Shown here one piece after another: positions 30,246 to 39,111 of a stretch of 64,000 bases of DNA. Both the position numbers and the translations under genes were made by a program. Numbering within the stretch: the first letter of the stretch is position 1; each line of letters begins with the position of its first letter. This DNA comes from Pseudobdellovibrio sp. Lineage in GTDB: Bacteria > Bdellovibrionota > Bdellovibrionia > Bdellovibrionales > Bdellovibrionaceae. The DNA lies in assembly GCA_020696855.1 (NCBI GenBank), contig JAJFMT010000011.1, positions 15,380 to 79,379 on the forward strand. The letters run 5' to 3'. Under the pieces are notes generated by a model. It was not told where the DNA came from. It worked only from the letters and a program-made list of their open reading frames with translations, and searched no databases.

Positions 30246-30678
30246 CTTTTTTCTGATAGCACTGCTGGCATTTACCGGTTGTGCCGGTGGTAAAGGGTTG
30301 TTTGGTAAATCATATGAAGTCACTCCGGGAGCAGAGCGTGTCCGCGTTTTAGATGCGGAACCTAAAGGCTGTCTTTACGTCGGAGAAGTGGCCAGCATTC
30401 AGGAAGACCGCAATGTAGGTACTCTTGAAACGCAAATGGAACTTGAAACGCGTGTTGATCTGCGAAACAAGGCGCACGCTCTTGGCGGAAACATTCTGGT
30501 TTTTCTAAAGGGGAAAAACACGAATACTCTTCCGGGCTCAGCTCCTGCAGCTAAAACCGGTGCAGCTAAACCTGCTGATGGCAATGCCACTCAGTCAATG
30601 GAACCGCCGGATAATCCGAACACCTTGGTGTTTCTCGCCACGGTGTTTAAGTGCCCTTCAAGCGTGTTGAATCAATAA
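30235..30678 (+). CDS. Lipoprotein, DUF4156-like
   Basis: FTGC lipobox; GCLYVGEV..LRNKAHALGGN..VFKC pattern; start overlaps infC end. Confidence 0.7.
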   Translation: MKNSFFLIALLAFTGCAGGKGLFGKSYEVTPGAERVRVLDAEPKGCLYVGEVASIQEDRNVGTLETQMELETRVDLRNKAHALGGNILVFLKGKNTNTLPGSAPAAKTGAAKPADGNATQSMEPPDNPNTLVFLATVFKCPSSVLNQ

Positions 30679-30708
30679 AAAAAAGCCGGTCCAAAGCCGG
30701 CTTTTTTT
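30677..30708. terminator. Bidirectional Rho-independent terminator
   Basis: A8-GCCGGT-ccaaa-GCCGGC-T7 between convergent genes. Confidence 0.9.
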
Positions 30709-30729
30709 ATTTCTTATATCTCAGAAAAT

Positions 30730-31029
30730 TCAGTACGGAAGCTTCTTGGCCTGATCAATTGTTTCAAGCACATCCTTGTTGGCTTTGTACTTCAAGCGAA
30801 TAGAAGCCTCATCTTTTTCTAACTGGTCACAGCGCAAGGTCTTCATCGCGATTGCAATTTGCGATGCGCGGTCTTTGTCATATGGTTCTTCACCGGACCA
30901 GTGAGCGCAGTCGCGGATTCTCGAAACCAGGCTGACTACATCGTTTGGCATTTTTGCCGGTGCGGAAGGGTTTTGAGCAAAAGCTGAAACAGATAAAATG
31001 GTAACAATGAGGAGGGTAATAGTTTTCAT
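30730..31029 (-). CDS. Small secreted two-Cys helical protein (paralog 1)
   Basis: Signal peptide (AFA); CAHWSGEEPYD..LRC..KY; similar to the neighbouring ORF. Confidence 0.8.
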   Translation of the reverse strand: MKTITLLIVTILSVSAFAQNPSAPAKMPNDVVSLVSRIRDCAHWSGEEPYDKDRASQIAIAMKTLRCDQLEKDEASIRLKYKANKDVLETIDQAKKLPY

Positions 31030-31073
31030 AAAAGAGATATAGCATCCGACCGGGAATATTTAAATGTCAGCAA

Positions 31074-31370
31074 TCAGACATAGACTTCGTCGATTGAGCT
31101 AACGATAGTTTTATCGTTTTGGTATTTTTGGCGGACAGCCATTTCTTCTCTAACAATGGCTTTGCAATTCAAGTTGTCCAATGCGGTTCGGATTTGAATA
31201 GAGCGCTCCTTGCTTTTCCAGGGATCTGCATTGTCCCAGTAGCTGCAGGCTTTAATTTTAGTTGTGAGAGCCGTGACGTCCGAAGGAAGTTGTTGTGTAG
31301 GAGCGTTTACCGCGAAACCTACGTTAGGAGCCAAAACCAAAAGAATTAAAATGTTTTTTAAGCTTTTCAT
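31074..31370 (-). CDS. Small secreted two-Cys helical protein (paralog 2)
   Basis: Signal peptide (GFA); CSYWDNADPW..LNC..KY aligns with paralog 1. Confidence 0.78.
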   Translation of the reverse strand: MKSLKNILILLVLAPNVGFAVNAPTQQLPSDVTALTTKIKACSYWDNADPWKSKERSIQIRTALDNLNCKAIVREEMAVRQKYQNDKTIVSSIDEVYV

Positions 31371-31400
31371 GAGACTACATTACCACAGGTCTCTAGAAAT

Positions 31401-31430
31401 AAAAAAGCCGCCCTTGTGGAGCGGCTTTTT
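31401..31430 (-). terminator. Rho-independent terminator downstream of the 60-aa Ala/Lys-rich gene
   Basis: A6-GCCGC-cc-ttgt-gga-GCGGC-T5. Confidence 0.8.
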
Positions 31431-31479
31431 ATTAACAAAAGTAAGGTAAAATTTGCATTTACCTGCGCTTAAGGCGCGA

Positions 31480-31662
31480 TTACTTTTTAACTTCAGTTGC
31501 AGGAGCAGCAGCAGGAGCAGCTGGAGTTCCAGCAGTTGCAGCAGCAGCAACTTCATTTTTCTTAGCTTTTTTAGCTTTCTTAGCTTTTTTAGGAGCTGGA
31601 GTAGCAGCAGTTGCAGCTGGAGTTGTTGCAGCAGGAGCAGCGGCAGCAGGAGCAGCCTCCAT
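31480..31662 (-). CDS. Ala/Pro/Lys-rich low-complexity small protein, possibly 5'-truncated
   Basis: MEAAPAAAAP..PKKAKKAKKAKK..ATEVKK; strongly biased GCT/AAA codons; own terminator. Confidence 0.65.
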   Translation of the reverse strand: MEAAPAAAAPAATTPAATAATPAPKKAKKAKKAKKNEVAAAATAGTPAAPAAAPATEVKK

Positions 31663-31869
31663 TTTTAGATCTGTTTGTTTATCGTTAGCTTGAAAGTTAT
31701 ATAATGAACTGCATCATACAGCAAACTGTTAAAATTTCTTTAAAATGCACGTTTTTTGTGATTTTTTCAAAACAGGGGCGGTTTAAATCGACCTTAAGCC
31801 TATCTACCTAACCTAAATGCTTGATTTTGAACGCCAAAACCTCTATTTCTAAAAGACTCAAAATTAAGG

Positions 31870-31923
31870 CTGACAGTTGAGCCATCAAGAAGGACTCCTT
31901 TTGAGTTCTCGCCCTGTCGGAGG
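31870..31923 (+). promoter_or_regulatory. Structured 5' leader of rpmI-rplT (candidate L20 ribosomal leader)
   Basis: Outer stem CTGACAG/CTGTCGG encloses hairpins TTGA-gcca-TCAA and AGGACTC-ctttt-GAGTTCT; abuts GGAGG. Confidence 0.5.
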
Positions 31924-31932
31924 AAGGTAAAT

Positions 31933-32118
31933 ATGAAAACGCACTCTGGTGCAAAGAAACGCATGCGCGTTCTTAAAAGCGGAAAAGTGAAGCGCAAACA
32001 AACTAAAATGCGCCACTTGAATTCTCACATGAGTTCAAAAGTTAAACGTCATCTTGGACAAGTAGTTTATGTCGACGATGCAAACATGCTTCAAGTGAAG
32101 CGCCAATTCGGCTTTTAA
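31933..32118 (+). CDS. rpmI: 50S ribosomal protein L35
   Basis: MKTHSGAKKR; basic 61 aa; precedes rplT. Confidence 0.95.
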   Translation: MKTHSGAKKRMRVLKSGKVKRKQTKMRHLNSHMSSKVKRHLGQVVYVDDANMLQVKRQFGF

Positions 32119-32128
32119 GGAGTAGACA

Positions 32129-32479
32129 ATGGCACGCGTAAAATCGGGGATGACAAATCGTCGTCGTCACAAAAAAGTTTTAAAAAGAACAAAAGGTTAC
32201 TACTCAGCAGGTTCGCGCTCTTACACTCACGCGGTTGAAAAAAATGACCGTGGTATGGTGTTCGCTTACAAACACAGAAAGATGAAAAAACGCTCTTTCC
32301 GTGCTCTGTGGACTCAACGTATTAATGCAGCAGCTCGCTTAAACGGTACTACGTACTCTCGTCTTATCGGTGGCTTGATCAAAGCTGGAATCGAATTAGA
32401 CAGAAAAGTTTTAGCTGACTTAGCAATCACTGATGCAGCTGCTTTTTCTTCTCTTTGCCAACACGCTATCAAACAATAA
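32129..32479 (+). CDS. rplT: 50S ribosomal protein L20
   Basis: MARVK..RRRHKKVLK; FRALWTQRINAAAR; LDRKVLADLA. Confidence 0.98.
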   Translation: MARVKSGMTNRRRHKKVLKRTKGYYSAGSRSYTHAVEKNDRGMVFAYKHRKMKKRSFRALWTQRINAAARLNGTTYSRLIGGLIKAGIELDRKVLADLAITDAAAFSSLCQHAIKQ

Positions 32480-32507
32480 GTATTGGAACTGAGATAAATT
32501 AAGAATG

Positions 32508-32537
32508 AAAAAGCGGGCTCAAGTAGCTCGCTTTTTT
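32508..32537 (+). terminator. Rho-independent terminator after rplT
   Basis: AAAAAGCGGGCT-caagt-AGCTCGCTTTTTT. Confidence 0.85.
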
Positions 32538-32557
32538 ATTAAGAGGGTAATTGAACT

Positions 32558-33601
32558 ATGTCTGACTCCTTTAATGAGTTTGAAGATAGAAAACGGGATC
32601 ACATCCGCTTAGCGCTGGATGATTCTGCTCAGCAACTTGTACGTACAGGTTACTCTAAAATTAAACTCATTCATCAGGCCCTACCTGAAATCGACTATGC
32701 GGATGTTTCTCTGCGGGTAAAACTTCTGGGTCATGAACTGGCGAGCCCGCATTTCGTTTCGAGTATGACCGCCGGCCACCAGGACAGTATTAAAATTAAT
32801 CGAAACCTCGCATTAGCCGCTGCTGAAAACGGGTGGCTTATGGGAGTCGGCTCTCAGCGAAGAGAACTCACTGATCCTGAAGCCGCATTCGAATGGCGCG
32901 AGATTGTTGCGACTGTTCCTGATTTAAAACTTCTCTCTAATATCGGTGTTCTTGAAGTCCTGACTCAAAGCCCGGAAAAAATTCTGGAACTTGTAGTAAA
33001 CTTGAATGCAATCGGTCTGATCATTCATCTGAATCCGTTGCAGGAAGTTTTTCAGAATAATAAAAATTTAAATTTCAGCGGGGCATTGGCTGCTATCGAA
33101 AAGCTTGTGAGGCAGAGTCATGTTCCGGTTCTTGTAAAAGAAGTTGGTTTTGGCATTAACAAAGATGTCACCAACAACCTGTTTGATATCGGTGTAAAAG
33201 CCGTCGATGTATCAGGATTTGGCGGCACTCACTGGGCTAAAATTGAAGCATTACGCCAGAATGAAGAGAGTATATTTTACAAATCGGCAGATGCTTTTGC
33301 CGACTGGGGATATTCTACTGTAGATTGTCTTCTCGAATTGCAGGACCAGGTGTTGTTTCACCAGATTTGGGCTTCGGGCGGAATCCGCAACGGTGTGGAT
33401 TCAGCTAAGTGCATGGCGCTGGGCGCCCGCGCTGTGGGAATCGCCCAACCACTGATGAAGGCCGCTATGGTTGATGCAAAAGACGTGAGCCATGCCATGC
33501 GTGAATTCGATTTTCAGCTGAAAACCGCATTATTCTGTATGGGTGTTAAGCGTTGCGAAGAACTGCTTCATAAAAAGGTGTGGTATGGCCCAGTTGGTTA
33601 A
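32558..33601 (+). CDS. fni: Type 2 (FMN-dependent) isopentenyl-diphosphate delta-isomerase
   Basis: RKRDHI, SSMTAG, GVGSQR, HLNPLQE, KEVGFG, GGTHW, ASGGIRNG. Confidence 0.95.
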   Translation: MSDSFNEFEDRKRDHIRLALDDSAQQLVRTGYSKIKLIHQALPEIDYADVSLRVKLLGHELASPHFVSSMTAGHQDSIKINRNLALAAAENGWLMGVGSQRRELTDPEAAFEWREIVATVPDLKLLSNIGVLEVLTQSPEKILELVVNLNAIGLIIHLNPLQEVFQNNKNLNFSGALAAIEKLVRQSHVPVLVKEVGFGINKDVTNNLFDIGVKAVDVSGFGGTHWAKIEALRQNEESIFYKSADAFADWGYSTVDCLLELQDQVLFHQIWASGGIRNGVDSAKCMALGARAVGIAQPLMKAAMVDAKDVSHAMREFDFQLKTALFCMGVKRCEELLHKKVWYGPVG

Positions 33602-34883
33602 AAAAACACTGAGTGAAATCTTCAAAGGCTTTTCAAAGTTCACTTATGGTGAGCGTCTTGATTTATTGAATGAAGCCGAAGTTCTGTCTAAGCAGGAAAT
33701 TAATTATTTAAAACAGGGCGGCCTTCAGGACGTCAAGCTGGCTGAAAAATTTGTAGAAAACGTTATTGGATATTTTCAGCTTCCGTTAGGTGTGGCTACA
33801 AATTTTAATATCGACAGCCGCGATTACGTTATCCCGATGGCAGTTGAAGAAACTTCGATCATTGCAGCTGCCAGCAAAACTGCAAAATGGGTTCGCGAAT
33901 GCGGATCGATCAGAACCGAAACTATCGGTAACAATATTATCGGGCAGATTCAGTTCGCTAAAATTAAAAATTTTGAAAACTTTCAGCGCCACTTACTGCA
34001 ACAGAAGAACTTCTTAATCGAACTGGCTAACCGCGAGGTGGCATTTGGTTTGGTTGCACGCGGTGGCGGTGTAACTGATATTCAGATCCGTCATTTGGAC
34101 CGCGGTGACGGCGACATTATGGCCATCGTTCACATTTACATGAACCCTTGCGACGCTATGGGTGCAAATGTCATCAATCAGGTTTGCGAATACTTAAAAG
34201 AACCGATCGAGCAGTTCACAGGTGAAAAAGTCACGATGTGTATTTTGTCGAATCTGGTGGATTCAAAACTGACTCGCGCCATTGTGACAATTGATAATAT
34301 CGAAGCGGAACTGGCAGAAAAAATTGAAGAAGCCTCACGGTTTGCAGAGCTTGATCCTTACCGTGCAGCCACGAATAACAAAGGTGTGTTAAACGGTATC
34401 GACCCGATCCTGATCGCAACCGGCAATGACTGGCGCGCGGTTGAAGCGGGAGTTCACGCTTATGCGGCCCGTGATGGACAGTACCGCTCGATTACCAAGT
34501 GGCGCAAAGTCGGCAACCAATTGATCGGTATTTTTGAAGCGCCGGTCATCGTTGGAACAGTGGGTGGAGTAACAACATTACATCCATCTGCGAAGTTGGC
34601 GATGAAGATGCTAGGTGTTGAATCTGCAAATCATCTGGCGCGTGTTGCGGCTGCTGTTGGTCTTGTGCAGAATTTAGGTGCTCTAAGAGCGCTGACAACA
34701 GTCGGTATTATCGAAGGCCACATGAAACTTCACATTAAGAATCTTTCTCTCGGTGCAGGCGCTACAGAGCTTGAAATGCCCGCAATGGTGAAGAAGCTTG
34801 AAGAAATTTTATCACTTCGTAAACGCATTTCACTTTCAAACGCTGTTGAAGTGCTAAAAGACTTACGTGAAACCAATCACTGA
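33585..34883 (+). CDS. mvaA: Class II HMG-CoA reductase
   Basis: ENVIG, PMAVEETSIIAA, DAMGAN, NKGVLNG, GNDWRAVEAG, GHMKLH; start set to ATG 33585. Confidence 0.95.
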   Translation: MAQLVKKTLSEIFKGFSKFTYGERLDLLNEAEVLSKQEINYLKQGGLQDVKLAEKFVENVIGYFQLPLGVATNFNIDSRDYVIPMAVEETSIIAAASKTAKWVRECGSIRTETIGNNIIGQIQFAKIKNFENFQRHLLQQKNFLIELANREVAFGLVARGGGVTDIQIRHLDRGDGDIMAIVHIYMNPCDAMGANVINQVCEYLKEPIEQFTGEKVTMCILSNLVDSKLTRAIVTIDNIEAELAEKIEEASRFAELDPYRAATNNKGVLNGIDPILIATGNDWRAVEAGVHAYAARDGQYRSITKWRKVGNQLIGIFEAPVIVGTVGGVTTLHPSAKLAMKMLGVESANHLARVAAAVGLVQNLGALRALTTVGIIEGHMKLHIKNLSLGAGATELEMPAMVKKLEEILSLRKRISLSNAVEVLKDLRETNH

Positions 34884-35766
34884 AACCAGTTTTAAAATTC
34901 CCGGGAAAACATTTTTAGTCGGGGAGTACGCTGTTCTGCTTGGCGGTCCTGCTTTGGGCCTGGCAACGGCTCCCTGTTTTGAATTTACAGTTGCCGGATC
35001 AAACGCCGTAACATTCCATCCGGAAAGTCCTGCCGGTAAGTATTTAGCGAAACATGAATCTCTTTCGGCTGTAAGCTTTTCAGATCCTTATTCAGCTGCA
35101 GGTATACGCGGCGGCTTTGGCCGCTCGACTGCCGAATATCTGGCTGCCATTACTCCTGATCTTTTAGAAAAGAAGTCGGGCGTTTACGATATTTTAAAAG
35201 AGTATAAGGGTCTTCACGCTGATCAGAAAGTCCGGCCCAGTGGGATCGATCTAGTCTTTCAGTACCTGGGCGGTGTAATTCTGGCGGATCAACAGCTGCA
35301 AATGTTTCAGAATTTCGAATGGAATTTTTTGAATCTGGATTTTGCGCTGATTTACTCGGGAATTAAAGTTCCGACGCATGATCATTTAGCGACAATTGAT
35401 CTTGAGCAGCTAAATGAATTGCCGTCTTTAGCATCGCAAATCTGCAATCTGTATGCGGCCAATAATGAGAATGAGTTTTTGTATCTGATCACTCAGTGGA
35501 GTGAACTGTTAAAAGCAAAAAAGCTGACCCATCCGCACTCACTTGAAATCCGTACGCTGCTTGAAAGCACTGGAGTCATAAAGCATGTGAAACCTTGCGG
35601 GGCTTTGGGGGCAGATGTTCTTATCGCCTTCTTTGACCGTGCTGATAAAAAACAGGTACAGCAGATGTTAGCTGAAAAAAAATATCATTACGTAGCCGGA
35701 TCTGGTGATCTGGCAGCAGGCCTCGCTTCACAACTGCGGCCGTACTGGAGTCAAAATGTGGGTTGA
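34867..35766 (+). CDS. GHMP kinase, probable phosphomevalonate kinase
   Basis: PGKTFLVGEY, GFGRSTA, PSGID, KPCGALGAD; sits inside the mevalonate cluster alongside a separate mevalonate kinase. Confidence 0.7.
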   Translation: MKPITETSFKIPGKTFLVGEYAVLLGGPALGLATAPCFEFTVAGSNAVTFHPESPAGKYLAKHESLSAVSFSDPYSAAGIRGGFGRSTAEYLAAITPDLLEKKSGVYDILKEYKGLHADQKVRPSGIDLVFQYLGGVILADQQLQMFQNFEWNFLNLDFALIYSGIKVPTHDHLATIDLEQLNELPSLASQICNLYAANNENEFLYLITQWSELLKAKKLTHPHSLEIRTLLESTGVIKHVKPCGALGADVLIAFFDRADKKQVQQMLAEKKYHYVAGSGDLAAGLASQLRPYWSQNVG

Positions 35767-36736
35767 AGCTTCTGCTCCGTCTAATATTGCCCTGATCAAG
35801 TATATGGGAAAGATTGATAGCCTCGGCAACAAGCCGACAAATTCTTCTTTTTCATTCTGTCTTGAAAAACTTCGCACATTTGTAAGAGTTAAAAAAAATC
35901 CCGAACTCAGTCAGGATATCTGGGCCCCTTACCAGCGCGAAGATCTACGTCCTATCGAGCTAAGCGAAAAGGGGCGGGAAAAATTTTTGAATCATTTTTT
36001 GTTTTTGAAAAAAGAATTTAAACTTGAAGGGTTCTATGTCATTGAGTCGGCAAATAACTTTCCGTCTGATTGCGGCCTTGCAAGTTCAGCTTCCAGCTTC
36101 GCAGCTCTGACATTAGCAGCTCACAATATAATGATCGAGCAAAGCGGTGGCGCTAAGATGGGTTACCGCCCGAAAGAGCTGGCAAAGCTTTCCCAGCGGG
36201 GCTCGGGCTCATCGTGCCGGTCATTTTTTTCGCCGTGGAGTCTTTGGCACAGCGAAGGTGCTGAAACCATTCAGATTCCGTATAAAAATTTAAAACACCA
36301 GGTCTTACTTTGTGATGAAAGTATTAAAAAGGTTTCTTCAAGCGATGCCCACCAGCGCGTGCTTTCGTCTGATCTCTTTAAAGGACGGGTGGAGCGTGCT
36401 GAAGAGCGTCTGCAAAAACTGATCAGTGCTATGCGCGCCCAAAACTGGAAGCTGTCTTACCAGCTTTGCTGGAATGAGTTCTGGGACATGCATATGTTGT
36501 TTCACACATCATCGCCGTCCTTTATGTACATGAACTCCAGCACAATGAAAGCGTTGGAAATGTTACATAAGATTTGGGATGAGAAAGGTGACGGTCCGTT
36601 AGTAACGATGGACGCCGGCAGCAACGTTCATCTGCTTTACCGCGAAGACCAAGGCGAAATCTACAATGAAGTATTACGTATATTCCGCCACGAAATGCCC
36701 GTGTGGACTGATGAAGGCTATTTAAATAAATTATGA
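35756..36736 (+). CDS. mvaD: Diphosphomevalonate decarboxylase
   Basis: APSNIALIKYMGK, NFPSDCGLASSASSFAAL, GSGSSCRS, TMDAGSNVH; start set to ATG 35756. Confidence 0.95.
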   Translation: MWVEASAPSNIALIKYMGKIDSLGNKPTNSSFSFCLEKLRTFVRVKKNPELSQDIWAPYQREDLRPIELSEKGREKFLNHFLFLKKEFKLEGFYVIESANNFPSDCGLASSASSFAALTLAAHNIMIEQSGGAKMGYRPKELAKLSQRGSGSSCRSFFSPWSLWHSEGAETIQIPYKNLKHQVLLCDESIKKVSSSDAHQRVLSSDLFKGRVERAEERLQKLISAMRAQNWKLSYQLCWNEFWDMHMLFHTSSPSFMYMNSSTMKALEMLHKIWDEKGDGPLVTMDAGSNVHLLYREDQGEIYNEVLRIFRHEMPVWTDEGYLNKL

Positions 36737-37617
36737 AAACGTTCTCAACTCAGGTTCCGGGAAAATGGATATTAGCAGGTGAGCACGCCGTTCTTCGCGG
36801 CAGTGAAGCGCTTGTGTTTCCGTTATTCTCGAAGTATTTGAATTTAAAGTATTCAGAGTCTGAGCAGGAATTAGAACTTGTATTAAACGGCGAACGCACA
36901 GGCGATCTCGAACTTATTATTTGGTCTGTTCTTGAAAGAGCATTCAATCTGTTAAATATCAAACGCTCTCAGCTAAAAGGCCGACTGGAAATCACATCGA
37001 AAATCGCACTTGGCGGCGGTATGGGTGCTTCTGCAACCCTATGTGCAGCTTTAACAGAATGGCTGGAATTTTTAGGTTACGTAAAGCCTGAAGAAAAATT
37101 TTCGTTTGCCCGCAATCTTGAAAATTTATTTCACGGCGAAAGCAGCGGTGTCGATGTTGCCGTAACACTTTATAAAACGCCTTTGGTGTTCACAAGAAAC
37201 AATGGCTTCAAAGAACTTCCGGTGAAACCTGATGTGAAACTTTACTTATCTTACTCGGGCCAAAGAGGCGTGACTCGTGACTGTGTTGAACAGGTGAAAA
37301 CTTTGCTGACTTCTGATCCTGAAAAAGGCCAGAAGATAGATCTGCAGATGCAGGAAAGTGTGAATGAGCTGAAGGCTTTACTTCAAAACGGGGGAAGCCT
37401 GATTGAATGGATTAAATCGATTAAAAAATCAAATAACTGCTTTGAACAATGGGGGCTGATTACCGATGCTGTTAAAAAGCATCAGGCTCTGCTATTGGAT
37501 AACGGCGCCCTTGCTGTCAAGTTAACGGGGTCAGGCGGCGGCGGTTACGTTTTGAGTCTCTGGGAAGCAGAGCCGCCTAAGAATTTGCCTTTTGAAATGA
37601 TTGCCTGCTTCACTTAA
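36733..37617 (+). CDS. mvk: Mevalonate kinase
   Basis: PGKWILAGEHAV, GGGMGASA, FHGESSGVD, KLTGSGGGG. Confidence 0.88.
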   Translation: MKTFSTQVPGKWILAGEHAVLRGSEALVFPLFSKYLNLKYSESEQELELVLNGERTGDLELIIWSVLERAFNLLNIKRSQLKGRLEITSKIALGGGMGASATLCAALTEWLEFLGYVKPEEKFSFARNLENLFHGESSGVDVAVTLYKTPLVFTRNNGFKELPVKPDVKLYLSYSGQRGVTRDCVEQVKTLLTSDPEKGQKIDLQMQESVNELKALLQNGGSLIEWIKSIKKSNNCFEQWGLITDAVKKHQALLLDNGALAVKLTGSGGGGYVLSLWEAEPPKNLPFEMIACFT

Positions 37618-37635
37618 AAGTAGGATAGTGTCGTT

Positions 37636-38328
37636 ATGAAAAAGCTGGTGATCATCCCGACTTACAATGAAATCGAAAATATGAAATCGCTTTTGCCGGC
37701 TTTGCTGTCATTACCGGAAAAGTTCGATATTCTGGTTGTCGACGATTCATCTCCTGATAATACAGCCGGTTATGTTTTTGACTTCGGTAAAACCGAAACC
37801 CGCGTTCATCTTTTACTTCGAGAAAAAAAGAGCGGGTTAGGTAAAGCCTATATTGCAGGATTTGAGTGGGGTTTACAAAGGGGTTACGAAGCGCTTGTTG
37901 AAATGGATGCCGACTTTTCCCACCGCCCTGAAGATCTGGTAAAGATTCTCCAAAAGCTTGAAACCGATGATGTGGTTGTAGGGTCACGCTACATTGCGGG
38001 CGGCGCTACAGTTAACTGGGGGCTAATCCGTAAACTTATTTCCCGCGGCGGCGGCGTGTATTCACGGTTGATTCTCGGTTATCCTGTTCAGGACTGGACA
38101 GGCGGCTTTAACGGCTGGCGCGCTCAGGTTTTGCGTGACATTAAGCTTTCAGAAATTCAGTCAAACGGTTACAGCTTTCAGATCGAATTAAAATATAAAG
38201 CTCAGAAGTGCGGTTATAAAGTAACGGAAGTTCCGATTGTTTTTGAAGACCGCCGTGTTGGCCAAAGTAAAATGTCATTAAAAATTGTACTTGAGGCGTT
38301 TTACAAAGTGTGGATGATCCGGTTTTGA
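37636..38328 (+). CDS. Polyprenol-monophosphomannose synthase-like GT2 (DPM1-like)
   Basis: IIPTYNE, VDDSSPDNT, GLGKAY, MDADFSHRP, GYSFQIE, RRVGQSKM. Confidence 0.9.
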   Translation: MKKLVIIPTYNEIENMKSLLPALLSLPEKFDILVVDDSSPDNTAGYVFDFGKTETRVHLLLREKKSGLGKAYIAGFEWGLQRGYEALVEMDADFSHRPEDLVKILQKLETDDVVVGSRYIAGGATVNWGLIRKLISRGGGVYSRLILGYPVQDWTGGFNGWRAQVLRDIKLSEIQSNGYSFQIELKYKAQKCGYKVTEVPIVFEDRRVGQSKMSLKIVLEAFYKVWMIRF

Positions 38329-38726
38329 ACTTTCCTTACCTGCGACACCCCTTAATACTAAGTGCTCTCGTCATTACGGCATTAAATGATCATGTATTTA
38401 AAGCCATGTTTCACAATGCTATTACGGGAAAGCTCAGTGACTTTTCAGGGTTGTTTTTCTTCCCGGTTTTTTTGTACGCTCTTTATGATTTAAGTAAACA
38501 CCCGAAGTCCACTCATGAAAAAATAAACTTAAAAAAACTCGCCTGGTGTGTTTTAGTGACCGACGTTCTATTCTGTATTTTTAAATTCACCGGCGTTCGT
38601 GTATGGCTTATGTCAGTTTTTCCGGTTTATATTGCGAACGATCCGTCCGATGTGCTGGCTATCTCCGTGAATATTGCAACAGTAGCTTATGCTCATAAAT
38701 TCAAGGACGAAGACAGTTTTATTTAA
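38310..38726 (+). CDS. Small membrane protein of unknown function
   Basis: Hydrophobic; LNDHVFK..TGKLSDFSGL..DPSD motif; exact start uncertain. Confidence 0.65.
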   Translation: MDDPVLNFPYLRHPLILSALVITALNDHVFKAMFHNAITGKLSDFSGLFFFPVFLYALYDLSKHPKSTHEKINLKKLAWCVLVTDVLFCIFKFTGVRVWLMSVFPVYIANDPSDVLAISVNIATVAYAHKFKDEDSFI

Positions 38727-38727
38727 C

Positions 38728-39111
38728 TTAGTCCAGATGGGTAAGATTCACAATACATGCAGGAATGCCATTGTCGTCACAGGTGTATACTGAAACGCTT
38801 ACGTTTGGAGTTGATGTATCCAAGGTGTAAAGGCAAGTTCTGGTTAAGGCGGGTGCCAGCTCTCCCGAAATATCGGCCCCGATATTTAAAGTCTCACTGG
38901 GGATTCCCAGAGCATAAAATGACATAACTGACGGACTAATTATGCGGCCTTCGGTTACAGAAATTTGCCCGGTAGTAAATGAGGCGTTCGAACAATTTGT
39001 AGAAACGCTGTATGAGTGTGTGACGTATTGTGCGTCCGGCTTTACAGAAGTGGCTATGGTGACAGCCCCGTACAAACACAAAAGAAGACCGGATGAAAAC
39101 TTATTTTTCAT
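38728..39111 (-). CDS. Small exported Cys-containing hypothetical protein
   Basis: From ATG 39111 (MKNKFSSGLLLCL...): hydrophobic N-terminus, Ser/Thr-rich, four Cys in mature part. Confidence 0.55.
   Translation of the reverse strand: MKNKFSSGLLLCLYGAVTIATSVKPDAQYVTHSYSVSTNCSNASFTTGQISVTEGRIISPSVMSFYALGIPSETLNIGADISGELAPALTRTCLYTLDTSTPNVSVSVYTCDDNGIPACIVNLTHLD

Noticed and set aside
31453-31668. Ser-rich plus-strand ORF and GCA/GGA repeats as a repeat array or CRISPR
   Set aside because: Antisense shadow of the Ala/Pro/Lys-rich minus-strand gene; no repeat-spacer structure
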